From sequence record MK327940.1: a stretch of DNA of 64,000 bases. One strand, given 5' to 3'. Of the stretch, positions 12,319-22,510 are shown in pieces. A model generated the notes under the pieces. The model saw nothing but the letters and a program-made list of their open reading frames with translations. It was not told the origin of the DNA and made no database searches. The translations under genes and the position numbers were made by a program. Within the stretch, counting starts at the first letter, position 1; each line of letters begins with the position of its first letter. Origin of the DNA: Escherichia phage vB_EcoM_G29.

Positions 12319-13792
12319 TTATGGATAGGTATAGATGATACCAGTTTCTAAAGCAGTTTTATGAATGATGTATCCATTGCGTGATTCTTGAACATCAACT
12401 TCTGGATAGTCTTTCATCATCTTCTGAAGAGTGTAACGATGCAGGTAGTATTTACTATCTGGATCTTCAGTTTTCCAATCTTTACCTTCTTCGGTCATTT
12501 TTTGGATTTCATCCATAACCCACCAACCGCACCAGATATAAGCTGAAGTGCGATGTGGAAGAGGATGAACATAAGGCAATTCACCTTCTGGTTCCGGAGC
12601 AACTTTATCAGTTACCTGAACTTGGCCTGTTGCTTTAACTGTTTTACTATCATAGTCGGTTGCTGTAACGGTTGCAGTAACTTCAATAGTTTGACTTCCA
12701 ATAGATGATGTATCAACCGTGTATACATTAGTTGATTCTTCTACAGGAGAAGAATCTTTCTTCCATGAATATTCGATTTGTGCTTCTTCTGGAGCATCCG
12801 TAACATTAGCAGTAAATGTAGCCGAAGCATCTTGCTGAACGTTAATAGAAGGAGGAGTCAATGTAACCTGTGGATTCATTGTCTTCTTATTAACTGTTAA
12901 TGATACTTCATTAGAAGTAACTTCCTTTTCATTGTAATTTTCAGCCGTTACTTGGGCTACGCATTTAATTCTTTTTACTCCACTTGTAGTTGGAGTATAG
13001 TTAAATGTAGAGTTAGTTTCTCCACCAATTTGAGAATCATCTACATACCATTTATATGTAGCAGACGCTCCATCAGGTTGAGAAACCAAGGCAGCAGTAA
13101 ATTGAACTGGGGTTCCAATTACTCCAGCTGGAGGACTATCAGGAGTTACTGCCAAGGTAGTTGTCTGCGTCTTTTTATTAACAGTCAGTGACACTTCATT
13201 GGAAGTAACTTCCTTTGTATCATAATCTGTCGCGGTTACTTGAGCTACGCACTTAATTGTTTTAACTCCGCTTGCGTCAGGAGTGTAATTGAATGTAGTG
13301 CTAGTTGCTTCGCCCACAGGAGAACCGTCAACGTACCATTGATACGTAGCGTTTGCACCTGATGGCTGTGAAGCTAAGGCAGCCAACGTACCATTGATAC
13401 GTAGCGTTTGCACCTGATGGCTGTGAAGCTAAGGCAGCGGTAAATTCAATTGGAGTTCCAATCACTCCAGCATCAGGGCTACCAGGAGTTACTGCCAAAG
13501 TAGTTGTTTGTGTCTTATTTTGAACTGTGATAGTTGTACTAATTTCAGCTGTTTCAGGTTCAGATTCTGCAACTTGATTGGTTGCAACTACTTTAATAGT
13601 CTTTTGACCGGCAGGTCCTTTTAGTACATAACTAAAAGTTGCTGACGTTTCTTCCTGTGGAGCGTCGTCTACAGTCCAAGCATATGTAATAGGTCCATCT
13701 CCAGTTTGACCACTGGGTGTAGCAGTAAACTGCTGAGTCTGATCTATAACTCCAGTAGGTGTTTTAGGAGTTATATCAACTGTAAAAGCCAT
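12319..13792 (-). pseudogene. hoc: hoc (highly immunogenic outer capsid protein) disrupted by a 55-bp tandem duplication; split into track ORFs 13328-13792 and 12319-13413
   Basis: Tandem Ig-like repeats (TLAVTP...ATYQWYV) plus C-terminal capsid-binding region recalled from T4 Hoc; the peptide ALASQPSGANATYQWYV is encoded twice in different frames; the second ORF starts at GTG with no RBS. Confidence 0.85.
13329..13438. repeat. perfect 55-bp direct tandem duplication (2 copies: 13329-13383 and 13384-13438) inside hoc
   Basis: Both copies read caacgtaccattgatacgtagcgtttgcacctgatggctgtgaagctaaggcagc, identical base for base. Confidence 0.95.
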
Positions 13793-13801
13793 AAGTTATC
13801 C

Positions 13802-14482
13802 TTATTTTAATGTTACGAAAGAAGAATTACGTGTTTCACGAATTAGAACTGATCCGTCACGATTAATGTAGTAAATTAAGCTAAATAAAGTTTGGTGTGC
13901 CGACGCATGTTCAAAACTAGTTGGGTGAGATTTCCAATCTGGGGTTTCAGCAATCCATTGATAAATCCACCAAGGAACAGTGCAGAATCCTGGATTTTTT
14001 CCAATCAGCTGAAGATTCGGACTAAAGTTTTCCGGAAGAGTAAATACAGACGGCTTTTCAGATTCAATAATCTCAGCTACAGCCTGTTCGAATTTTTCTT
14101 CAACAAAAGGAGTATCTTCAATTAAAACAGTGGTATTTTCAGGAATTTTATCCGTTTCTACTACTTCAATTTTAATGTCAGATTTAACCGGAGAATCAAT
14201 CAGAAGTGCTGCCTCTGGATTGACTTCTTCATCGTCATATTTTAATCCGTCTGCGGCATCAGCAGCATCAATTAAGTCTTTAATAGATAACCCATCAGTC
14301 TCTGGCATAGGTTCACTAGCGAGCTTCTGGAGAGCTTCTTCAATATCATTAACGATATTATCAAAAGATTTATTCTTTTTGACCTTTATACCAAACTGTT
14401 CAGCATATTCAGCTAATTTAGCTTTAGCTTCTTTATTATCATCAAGAGCCTTCAGCTCTGCAATATAATCTTTATCTATCAT
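13802..14482 (-). CDS. inh: Inh, inhibitor of prohead protease gp21 (226 aa)
   Basis: 226-aa ORF matching T4 inh length and position next to hoc. Confidence 0.8.
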   Translation of the reverse strand: MIDKDYIAELKALDDNKEAKAKLAEYAEQFGIKVKKNKSFDNIVNDIEEALQKLASEPMPETDGLSIKDLIDAADAADGLKYDDEEVNPEAALLIDSPVKSDIKIEVVETDKIPENTTVLIEDTPFVEEKFEQAVAEIIESEKPSVFTLPENFSPNLQLIGKNPGFCTVPWWIYQWIAETPDWKSHPTSFEHASAHQTLFSLIYYINRDGSVLIRETRNSSFVTLK

Positions 14483-14495
14483 AATATTTCCTCAG

Positions 14496-14503
14496 TATAA
14501 ATA
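14496..14503 (+). promoter_or_regulatory. late promoter TATAAATA for uvsW
   Basis: Exact TATAAATA 30 nt upstream of uvsW ATG. Confidence 0.6.
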
Positions 14504-14532
14504 TAGATATATTTATTACATGGTATTTAGAC

Positions 14533-16044
14533 ATGACTGACATTAAAGTACATTTTTATGATTTTAGTCACGTGAGAATTGATTGCGAAGAAAGTACATT
14601 TCATGAACTCCGTGATTTCTTTAGCTTTGAAGCTGATGGGTATCGTTTTAATCCGAAGTACAAATATGGCCACTGGGATGGACGAATTCGTCTTTTAGAT
14701 TATAATCGCCTTCTTCCATTCGGTTTAGTCGGGCAAATTAAAAAGTTCTGCGATAACTTTGGCTATAAAGCCTGGATTGACCCACAGATTAACGAAAAAG
14801 AAGAATTATCAAGAAAAGATTTTGATGAATGGCTTTCTAAATTAGAAATCTATTCAGGAAATAAAAGAATTGAACCACACTGGTATCAAAAAGATGCAGT
14901 GTTCGAAGGATTAGTTAATCGTCGTAGAATTCTTAATCTTCCAACATCCGCTGGTAAATCTTTAATTCAAGCTTTGCTTGCGCGATATTATTTGGAAAAT
15001 TATGAAGGTAAAATTCTTATCATTGTTCCAACAACTGCTTTAACAACTCAGATGGCTGATGACTTTGTTGATTATCGTTTATTCAGTCATGCAATGATAA
15101 AGAAAATCGGTGGTGGAGCATCAAAAGATGATAAATATAAAAATGATGCACCAGTCGTTGTTGGTACATGGCAAACTGTAGTAAAACAACCGAAAGAATG
15201 GTTCTCACAGTTTGGAATGATGATGAATGATGAATGCCATCTTGCTACAGGAAAAAGTATTTCATCTATCATATCAGGTTTAAATAACTGCATGTTCAAA
15301 TTTGGTCTATCTGGTTCATTACGTGATGGCAAAGCCAATATCATGCAGTATGTTGGAATGTTTGGTGAAATATTTAAGCCAGTAACGACTTCTAAGTTAA
15401 TGGAAGATGGACAAGTAACTGAGCTAAAAATTAATAGTATTTTTCTTCGCTATCCCGATGAGTTCACTACTAAATTAAAGGGAAAAACTTATCAAGAAGA
15501 AATAAAAATTATTACGGGGCTTAGTAAAAGAAATAAATGGATCGCTAAATTGGCTATTAAGCTTGCACAAAAAGATGAAAACGCTTTTGTCATGTTTAAA
15601 CATGTATCACATGGTAAAGCTATTTTCGATTTAATTAAAAATGAATACGATAAAGTTTATTACGTATCAGGGGAAGTTGATACCGAAACCCGCAATATAA
15701 TGAAAACCTTAGCTGAAAATGGTAAAGGAATAATTATAGTAGCTAGTTATGGTGTATTTTCTACTGGTATTTCAGTTAAAAATCTGCATCACGTTGTTTT
15801 AGCGCACGGTGTTAAATCAAAAATCATTGTATTACAAACAATCGGTCGTGTATTACGTAAGCATGGTTCTAAAACAATCGCAACAGTCTGGGACCTCATA
15901 GATGACTGTGGTGTCAAGCCAAAATCTGCTAATACTAAAAAGAAATATGTTCACTTGAACTATCTTTTAAAACACGGCATTGATCGTATTCAGCGCTACG
16001 CAGATGAAAAATTTAATTACGTAATGAAAACAGTTAATTTATAA
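14533..16044 (+). CDS. uvsW: UvsW DNA/RNA-DNA helicase (503 aa)
   Basis: Walker A (PTSAGKS) and DECH box; T4 uvsW length and position; TATAAATA upstream. Confidence 0.95.
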   Translation: MTDIKVHFYDFSHVRIDCEESTFHELRDFFSFEADGYRFNPKYKYGHWDGRIRLLDYNRLLPFGLVGQIKKFCDNFGYKAWIDPQINEKEELSRKDFDEWLSKLEIYSGNKRIEPHWYQKDAVFEGLVNRRRILNLPTSAGKSLIQALLARYYLENYEGKILIIVPTTALTTQMADDFVDYRLFSHAMIKKIGGGASKDDKYKNDAPVVVGTWQTVVKQPKEWFSQFGMMMNDECHLATGKSISSIISGLNNCMFKFGLSGSLRDGKANIMQYVGMFGEIFKPVTTSKLMEDGQVTELKINSIFLRYPDEFTTKLKGKTYQEEIKIITGLSKRNKWIAKLAIKLAQKDENAFVMFKHVSHGKAIFDLIKNEYDKVYYVSGEVDTETRNIMKTLAENGKGIIIVASYGVFSTGISVKNLHHVVLAHGVKSKIIVLQTIGRVLRKHGSKTIATVWDLIDDCGVKPKSANTKKKYVHLNYLLKHGIDRIQRYADEKFNYVMKTVNL

Positions 16045-16058
16045 GGGCTTCGGCCCTT
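16043..16058 (+). other. UUCG-tetraloop hairpin between uvsW and uvsW.1
   Basis: aagggc-ttcg-gccctt overlapping the uvsW stop; no long U-tract. Confidence 0.45.
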
Positions 16059-16069
16059 TGGAGAAAAAG

Positions 16070-16300
16070 ATGTTACTAGAATTTAAACAATTTCTTTATG
16101 AAGCTTCTATTGATGAATTTATGGGTAAAATTGCCTCTTGTCAAACATTAGAAGGTTTAGAAGAACTTGAAGCTTATTATAAGAAAAGAGTTAAAGAAAC
16201 TGAATTAAAAGATACTGATGACATCTCAGTCAGAGATGCTTTGGCAGGAAAAAGAGCTGAATTAGAAGATTCAGACGATGAAGTAGAAGAAAGCTTTTAA
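16070..16300 (+). CDS. uvsW.1: UvsW.1 small protein (76 aa)
   Basis: Track ORF starts at TTG 16058; ATG at 16070 with GGAG 6 nt upstream gives 76 aa as in T4. Confidence 0.8.
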   Translation: MLLEFKQFLYEASIDEFMGKIASCQTLEGLEELEAYYKKRVKETELKDTDDISVRDALAGKRAELEDSDDEVEESF

Positions 16301-16302
16301 AT

Positions 16303-16332
16303 TAAAAAAGGCCCAACCAAAAAGGAAGGGCC
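16303..16332 (-). terminator. candidate minus-strand terminator after uvsY operon
   Basis: ggccc...gggcc stem with 13-nt loop followed on minus strand by a U6 run. Confidence 0.4.
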
Positions 16333-16355
16333 AAAACTATAGACTAAAGGTCACA

Positions 16356-16523
16356 CTATAGCAAAAGTTGCGTTTCATTTAATTGTTCTTCCGAACTTTC
16401 TGAAACTGGTAGTTCTTTAATGTAATTATAGCAAGGCCCAGGATGTACAGGACCTTTGTCTGTTTCAACAACCAATGCAGAATCGATTGGAGTTTTACAG
16501 ACAACACAAATCTTATCTGACAT
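16356..16523 (-). CDS. small Cys-rich protein, 55 aa (positional equivalent of T4 uvsY.-2); not in ORF track (<60 aa)
   Basis: ATG at 16523 preceded by GAGGAG; translates MSDKICVVCKTPIDS...CYNY with CxxC pair; terminator-like hairpin downstream. Confidence 0.6.
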   Translation of the reverse strand: MSDKICVVCKTPIDSALVVETDKGPVHPGPCYNYIKELPVSESSEEQLNETQLLL

Positions 16524-16551
16524 GATTGTCTCCTCTGAATTATATATCTAT

Positions 16552-16776
16552 TTATACAACTCTCATATGCATATCAATGCCCATATCTTTAGAATAAAAA
16601 TATTCATCAAGATATCCGGCAAATTTTCCTTTAATATAAAGAACATCTTCACCGCACGGGTGGTCGGCCAGGATACGAATATCCTGACGCTTAAGATTAT
16701 GCTTTTTCATTAAGAATTGAATTTCCGTTTCAAATTCTTCTTCATAATTAAAAGCATCATCAATGTTATATCTCAT
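16552..16776 (-). CDS. hypothetical protein, 74 aa (positional equivalent of T4 uvsY.-1)
   Basis: ORF whose start overlaps the uvsY stop. Confidence 0.65.
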   Translation of the reverse strand: MRYNIDDAFNYEEEFETEIQFLMKKHNLKRQDIRILADHPCGEDVLYIKGKFAGYLDEYFYSKDMGIDMHMRVV

Positions 16777-17189
16777 TATTTTCCAGCCTCAAATGCTCGC
16801 ATGTCTTGAATATGCTTAATAGCAAATCCACGTGATTTAATAGCATCAAGAGCTCCGCTACAGAAATCTAATAAAATCCCCCAATACTGTAACGAGGTAT
16901 CAACCTTTAAAACATCCTTATCAGCTGATAGAACTGTCTTCATTTCTGATTTCTCGTAACGATCCATACTAAATTCATCACCATCTCCTCGTCCCGAGTA
17001 GTAGTCTAATTTAGCTTTAAGAGCAACTTTTTTCTGTGCTTCAATTCTAAGCATTTCCTTTTTAATACTTGAATGCTTATTAAGCCATTTACTATATAAC
17101 ATCACATTATTAGCTGCTTCATACTGTAATTTAGTCGAATCTATAAACACATCTTTCTTCAATTCTTCTTGAAGATCTTCTAATCTCAT
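16776..17189 (-). CDS. uvsY: UvsY recombination mediator protein (137 aa)
   Basis: 137-aa ORF, T4 uvsY length; MotA-box middle promoter upstream. Confidence 0.95.
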   Translation of the reverse strand: MRLEDLQEELKKDVFIDSTKLQYEAANNVMLYSKWLNKHSSIKKEMLRIEAQKKVALKAKLDYYSGRGDGDEFSMDRYEKSEMKTVLSADKDVLKVDTSLQYWGILLDFCSGALDAIKSRGFAIKHIQDMRAFEAGK

Positions 17190-17229
17190 ATTGTTCTCTA
17201 TTCAATTGTTATTGGATGGACTTAGATTC

Positions 17230-17257
17230 ATTATACCACGTTTATACGTGAAGCATT
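17230..17257 (-). promoter_or_regulatory. MotA-dependent middle promoter upstream of uvsY
   Basis: Minus strand reads AATGCTTCA (MotA box) - 13 nt - TATAAT, about 40 nt upstream of uvsY ATG. Confidence 0.7.
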
Positions 17258-17654
17258 ATACTCTATTACTGGAAGCCAGTTGTAGTTTTATCTGCTCAAT
17301 ATCATCAGGGTTATCGATGACTGAAAAGCGTATTTCTACTATCAAAGTATAATCATCATAAACCGGTATTACATTAACTGCTAATTTATCAATACGTGGC
17401 TCATAGTTTCTTACTGCGCTTTCGATATTACGCTCAACCGTGTCAGCAGTAAGAGGAGTCATATTCTCAAAAAGTTGGTCAGATAAATCGCATCCAAATT
17501 CAGGGTCAAACGGTCTTGAACCTTTTCTTGTTGTAATAATTCCTAAAAGACTATTTTTAATTGACCTTAATCCAAGTGATCTTGAAACGTCTTTGTTCCA
17601 ATCCATTTTCATCTCTGGGTCAATATCAGAATAAAGCTTATTAATATTTGCCAT
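17256..17654 (-). CDS. 25: baseplate wedge protein gp25 (132 aa)
   Basis: 132-aa ORF, T4 gp25 length and order (25-26). Confidence 0.9.
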   Translation of the reverse strand: MANINKLYSDIDPEMKMDWNKDVSRSLGLRSIKNSLLGIITTRKGSRPFDPEFGCDLSDQLFENMTPLTADTVERNIESAVRNYEPRIDKLAVNVIPVYDDYTLIVEIRFSVIDNPDDIEQIKLQLASSNRV

Positions 17655-18280
17655 TACAATAGCTCAAAGAATTCTTTGAGTCCTCTTATTACATGAGCGT
17701 GAGTTTTTCCACACTCTGGACATTTAATTGGAACAGCCAAATAAACAGTAGGCTTTAAAAGCATATCTTTTATAGCTACAATATCTGACTCTGTGATGAT
17801 AGAATATAAATCTTCTAGTTCCTTTTCATTTAAGTCTTCAACTGGAATGCTTTCCCCGTTAGCATGAATCGTTTCTATACATGATACTATCATGTGGGCT
17901 ATATTTTTATCATCAAAAATTTTAGGGTATCGGAATTTAATTTTAATGTCACCCAGTGTATACCAAAGGTCTTCTGGTGCATCTATTTGTGTATGTAATA
18001 GATTTATATGGGTTGGTATTTCAGTTCCGCAGGTGCACTTCCAGGAGTTTTCGTGATTAACTTCTCCAAGAGAATGCGCCCATAAATGAATCAACAATAG
18101 TTCTGATTCTTGGCGATTTAAATCTTTTGCATTTGTGCAGTCTTTGATTAGCTTTTTAACAATTACTTCTACAGAACCATTATTTTTGGCAGTAATAAGT
18201 TCTAGATATTCTTTAAGAGTAAATGCGCGACAGTTGATTATTTTAGAACCAACTCTCACATCAAATTTGTATTCATACAT
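17654..18280 (-). CDS. 26: baseplate hub protein gp26 (208 aa)
   Basis: 208-aa ORF with Cys/His-rich segments; T4 order; late promoter upstream. Confidence 0.85.
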   Translation of the reverse strand: MYEYKFDVRVGSKIINCRAFTLKEYLELITAKNNGSVEVIVKKLIKDCTNAKDLNRQESELLLIHLWAHSLGEVNHENSWKCTCGTEIPTHINLLHTQIDAPEDLWYTLGDIKIKFRYPKIFDDKNIAHMIVSCIETIHANGESIPVEDLNEKELEDLYSIITESDIVAIKDMLLKPTVYLAVPIKCPECGKTHAHVIRGLKEFFELL

Positions 18281-18301
18281 ATTTAGCTCCTTTATTTATC
18301 A

Positions 18302-18313
18302 TATTTATAAATA
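18302..18313. promoter_or_regulatory. overlapping divergent late promoters: TATAAATA on minus (18302-18309, gene 26) and plus (18306-18313, gene 51)
   Basis: Sequence tatttataaata reads TATAAATA on both strands in a 50-bp divergent intergenic region. Confidence 0.6.
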
Positions 18314-18330
18314 GAATAAAAGGAGCATCT

Positions 18331-19080
18331 ATGGCAAACATTATTCGTTGTAAATTACCAGATGGTGTTCATCGTTTTAAACCATTTACGGTAGAAGATT
18401 ATCGAGATTTTTTGTTAGTTCGAAACGATATAGAGCATCGGTCACCACAAGAACAAAAAGAAATAATTACTGATTTAATTGATGATTATTTTGGAGACTA
18501 TCCGAAGACTTGGCAACCATTTATATTTTTGCAGGTATTTGTAGGTTCAATAGGTAAAACTAAAGTACCAGTCACATTTGTATGTCCAAAATGTAAAAAA
18601 GAAAAGACAGTTCCATTTGAAATATATCAAAAAGAATTAAAGGAACCTATTTTTGATGTAGCTAATGTTAAAATTAAATTAAATTTTCCTTCTGAGTTTT
18701 ATGAAAATAAAGCAAAGATGATTACTGAAAATATTCATTCTGTTCAAGTAGATGAAATGTGGTATGATTGGAAGGAAATTAGTGAATCGAGTCAAATAGA
18801 ACTTGTTGACGCCATCGAGATAGAAACATTAGAAAAAATTCTCGATGCAATGAATCCTATTAATTTAACATTGCACATGTCGTGTTGTGATAAGTACATT
18901 AAAAAATACACTGATATAGTAGATGTGTTTAAGCTATTAGTTAATCCAGATGAGATATTTACTTTTTATCAAATTAATCACACGCTTGTAAAAAGTAATT
19001 ATAGCTTAAATTCAATAATGAAAATGATTCCTGCCGAGCGCGGATTCGTATTAAAACTGATTGAGAAGGATAAACAATAA
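18331..19080 (+). CDS. 51: baseplate hub assembly catalyst gp51 (249 aa)
   Basis: 249-aa ORF; T4 order 26/51/27; late promoter upstream. Confidence 0.85.
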   Translation: MANIIRCKLPDGVHRFKPFTVEDYRDFLLVRNDIEHRSPQEQKEIITDLIDDYFGDYPKTWQPFIFLQVFVGSIGKTKVPVTFVCPKCKKEKTVPFEIYQKELKEPIFDVANVKIKLNFPSEFYENKAKMITENIHSVQVDEMWYDWKEISESSQIELVDAIEIETLEKILDAMNPINLTLHMSCCDKYIKKYTDIVDVFKLLVNPDEIFTFYQINHTLVKSNYSLNSIMKMIPAERGFVLKLIEKDKQ

Positions 19081-20252
19081 TGAGTATGTTGCAACGCCCC
19101 GGATATCCAAATCTCAGCGTTAAATTATTTGAGAGTTATGACGCTTGGAGTAATAATAGATTTGTTGAATTAGCTGCTACTATTACCACATTAACTATGC
19201 GGGATTCTCTTTATGGTCGAAATGAAGGAATGCTACAATTTTATGATTCTAAAAATATCCATACAAAAATGGATGGAAATGAAATAATTCAGATTTCTGT
19301 AGCTAATGCAAACGATATTAATAATGTTAAAACAAGAATTTATGGATGTAAGCATTTTTCTGTATCTGTAGATTCAAAAGGTGATAACATCATTGCTATT
19401 GAATTGGGAACTATTCATTCTATAGAAAATCTTAAATTTGGTAGACCATTTTTCCCTGATGCAGGTGAATCTATAAAAGAAATGCTTGGTGTCATTTATC
19501 AAGACCGCACATTATTAACTCCAGCAATAAATGCTATAAATGCTTATGTTCCTGATATTCCATGGACTAGCACATTTGAAAACTATTTGTCATATGTAAG
19601 AGAAGTTGCTCTAGCGGTAGGAAGCGATAAGTTCGTATTTGTATGGCAAGACATCATGGGAGTTAACATGATGGACTATGATATGATGATAAATCAAGAA
19701 CCATATCCAATGATTGTAGGTGAGCCAACTTTAATAGGTCAATTCGTCCAAGAATTGAAATATCCATTAGCATATGATTTTGTTTGGTTGACTAAATCAA
19801 ACCCGCATAAACGTGATCCAATGAAAAATGCTACTATCTATGCTCATTCATTTTTAGATTCTTCATTACCAATGATTACTACAGGAAAGGGTGAAAACTC
19901 TATTGTAGTGTCAAGGTCAGGTGCTTATTCTGAAATGACTTATAGAAATGGATATGAAGAAGCTATTCGTCTTCAGACTATGGCGCAATATGACGGCTAT
20001 GCTAAATGTTCTACTGTCGGTAATTTTAACTTGACTCCTGGCGTTAAAATTATTTTTAATGATAGTAAAAACCAATTTAAAACAGAATTTTACGTTGATG
20101 AAGTTATTCACGAATTATCAAATAATAATTCCGTAACTCATCTATATATGTTCACTAATGCAACGAAACTGGAAACAATCGACCCAGTTAAGGTTAAAAA
20201 TGAATTTAAAACTGATACTACCACTGAAGAAAGTAGTTCTTCCGATAAGTAA
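19080..20252 (+). CDS. 27: baseplate hub protein gp27 (390 aa)
   Basis: 390-aa ORF, start overlaps gp51 stop; T4 gp27 length about 391. Confidence 0.9.
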   Translation: MSMLQRPGYPNLSVKLFESYDAWSNNRFVELAATITTLTMRDSLYGRNEGMLQFYDSKNIHTKMDGNEIIQISVANANDINNVKTRIYGCKHFSVSVDSKGDNIIAIELGTIHSIENLKFGRPFFPDAGESIKEMLGVIYQDRTLLTPAINAINAYVPDIPWTSTFENYLSYVREVALAVGSDKFVFVWQDIMGVNMMDYDMMINQEPYPMIVGEPTLIGQFVQELKYPLAYDFVWLTKSNPHKRDPMKNATIYAHSFLDSSLPMITTGKGENSIVVSRSGAYSEMTYRNGYEEAIRLQTMAQYDGYAKCSTVGNFNLTPGVKIIFNDSKNQFKTEFYVDEVIHELSNNNSVTHLYMFTNATKLETIDPVKVKNEFKTDTTTEESSSSDK

Positions 20253-20733
20253 TAAAGAAGTTTCTATTCCTAAGATGGGTCTTAAACATTATAACATTTT
20301 AAAAGATGTTAAAGGTCCTGATGAAAATTTAAAGCTTCTTATTGATTCTATTTGTCCAAATTTATCACCGGCAGAAGTTGATTTCGTTTCTATTCATTTA
20401 TTGGAATTTAATGGAAAGATTAAATCTCGTAAAGAAATAGATGGCTATACTTATGACATTAATGATGTTTATGTATGCCAAAGATTAGAATTTCAATACC
20501 AAGGAAATACATTTTATTTTAGACCTCCTGGAAAATTTGAACAATTTTTAACGGTGAGCGATATGTTATCTAAATGCTTGCTTAAGGTCAACGATGAAGT
20601 TAAAGAAATTAATTTTCTTGAGATGCCAGCATTCGTTTTAAAATGGGCAAATGATATTTTTACAACTTTAGCAATTCCTGGCCCTAATGGTCCAATAACT
20701 GGAATTGGCAATATTATTGGATTATTTGAATGA
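20200..20733 (+). CDS. 28: baseplate hub distal subunit gp28 (177 aa)
   Basis: ATG at 20200 (MNLKL...) inside the track ORF gives the 177-aa T4 length; overlaps gp27 3' end. Confidence 0.8.
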   Translation: MNLKLILPLKKVVLPISNKEVSIPKMGLKHYNILKDVKGPDENLKLLIDSICPNLSPAEVDFVSIHLLEFNGKIKSRKEIDGYTYDINDVYVCQRLEFQYQGNTFYFRPPGKFEQFLTVSDMLSKCLLKVNDEVKEINFLEMPAFVLKWANDIFTTLAIPGPNGPITGIGNIIGLFE

Positions 20734-22502
20734 AAAAGCCACAAGAAATGCAAACGATGCGTAGAAAAGTTATTTCAGATAATAAACCAACACAGGAAGC
20801 GGCTAAATCCGCTTCCAATACTTTATCTGGACTTAATGACATTTCTACAAAATTGGATGATGCTCAAGCTGCTTCTGAATTAATAGCTCAAACCGTTGAA
20901 GAAAAATCGAATGAAATAATTGGAGCAATTGACAATGTAGAAAGCGCAGTGAGTGATACTACTGCTGGTTCTGAGTTAATTGCTGAAACTGTCGAAATTG
21001 GCAATAATATTAATAAAGAAATCGGTGAATCGCTCGGAAGTAAATTAGATAAATTAACGAGTTTACTCGAGCAAAAAATCCAGACAGCCGGAATTCAACA
21101 AACAGGAACTAGTTTAGCTACGGTTGAAAGCGCTATTCCTGTTAAAGTTGTTGAGGACGATACAGCTGAATCCGTGGGTCCTTTATTACCAGCTCCTGAA
21201 GCAGTTAATAATGATCCTGACGCTGATTTTTTCCCTGCCCCTCAACCAGTTGAACCTAAGCGAGAGTCACCGGAAGAAAAACAGAAAAAAGAAGCATTTA
21301 ATTTAAAATTATCTCAAGCTTTAGATAAATTAACAAAGACTGTTGATTTTGGATTTAAAAAATCCATTTCAATTACTGATAAAATATCAAGCATGCTATT
21401 TAAGTATACTGTCAGTGCTGCTATTGAAGCTGCTAAAATGGTTGCATTAATAATGGCTGTTGTTATTGGAATAGACCTACTGATGGTTCATTTTAAATAT
21501 TGGTCAGATAAATTTTCAAAAGCCTGGGATTTGTTTAGCACTGATTTTAAAACTTTTTCAAGCGAAACCGGAACTTGGGGTCCTTTATTACAGAGCATCT
21601 TTGAATCTATTGATGAAATTAAAAAGTTCTGGGAAGCGGGAGATTGGGGCGGTTTGACGGTAGCTATTGTAGAAGGGCTTGGAAAGGTTCTTTATAATTT
21701 AGGAGAACTTATTCAGCTTGGAATGGCTAAATTATCAGCAGCAATTCTTCGAGTTATTCCTGGTATGAAAGATACTGCTGACGAAGTAGAAGGAAGAGCA
21801 CTGGAAAATTTCCAAAATTCTACTGGAGCATCTCTCAATAAAGAAGACCAGGAAAAAGTTGCGAATTATCAAGATAAACGAATGAATGGAGACCTTGGTC
21901 CGATAGCAGAAGGACTAGACAAAATTGCGAACTGGAAAACTCGTGCATCTAACTGGATTCGTGGTGTTGATAATAAAGAAGCATTGACAACTGATGAAGA
22001 ACGCGCAGCAGAAGAAGAAAAATTAAAGCAGCTTTCACCAGAAGAAAGAAAAAATGCTTTAATGAAGGCTAATGAAGCCCGTGCCGCGATGATTCGTTTT
22101 GAAAAATATGCTGATTCAGCTGATATGAGTAAAGACTCAACGGTTAAATCAGTTGAAGCTGCCTATGAAGACCTTAAAAAACGAATGGATGACCCGGATT
22201 TAAATAATTCACCGGCAGTTAAAAAAGAACTTGCTGCTAGATTTTCTAAAATTGATGCTACTTATCAAGAGCTCAAGAAAAATCAGCCTAATGCCAAACC
22301 TCAAACTTCTGCTAAATCGCCAGAAGCAAAACAAGTCCAGGTAATAGAAAAGAACAAAGCACAGCAAGCTCCTATTCAACAAGCATCTCCTTCAATCAAT
22401 AATACTAATAATGTTATTAAGAAAAATACTGTCGTTCATAATATGACACCCGTAACGAGCACGACTGCTCCTGGTGTATTTGATGCGACTGGAGTTAATT
22501 AA
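20730..22502 (+). CDS. 29: baseplate hub / tail length determinator gp29 (590 aa)
   Basis: 590-aa ORF identical in length to T4 gp29. Confidence 0.9.
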   Translation: MKKPQEMQTMRRKVISDNKPTQEAAKSASNTLSGLNDISTKLDDAQAASELIAQTVEEKSNEIIGAIDNVESAVSDTTAGSELIAETVEIGNNINKEIGESLGSKLDKLTSLLEQKIQTAGIQQTGTSLATVESAIPVKVVEDDTAESVGPLLPAPEAVNNDPDADFFPAPQPVEPKRESPEEKQKKEAFNLKLSQALDKLTKTVDFGFKKSISITDKISSMLFKYTVSAAIEAAKMVALIMAVVIGIDLLMVHFKYWSDKFSKAWDLFSTDFKTFSSETGTWGPLLQSIFESIDEIKKFWEAGDWGGLTVAIVEGLGKVLYNLGELIQLGMAKLSAAILRVIPGMKDTADEVEGRALENFQNSTGASLNKEDQEKVANYQDKRMNGDLGPIAEGLDKIANWKTRASNWIRGVDNKEALTTDEERAAEEEKLKQLSPEERKNALMKANEARAAMIRFEKYADSADMSKDSTVKSVEAAYEDLKKRMDDPDLNNSPAVKKELAARFSKIDATYQELKKNQPNAKPQTSAKSPEAKQVQVIEKNKAQQAPIQQASPSINNTNNVIKKNTVVHNMTPVTSTTAPGVFDATGVN

Positions 22503-22510
22503 GGAATAAT

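Noticed and set aside
16456-16713. 85-aa plus-strand ORF
   Set aside because: Antisense to the uvsY.-1/uvsY.-2-position ORFs, which have proper RBSs; hydrophobic low-complexity translation
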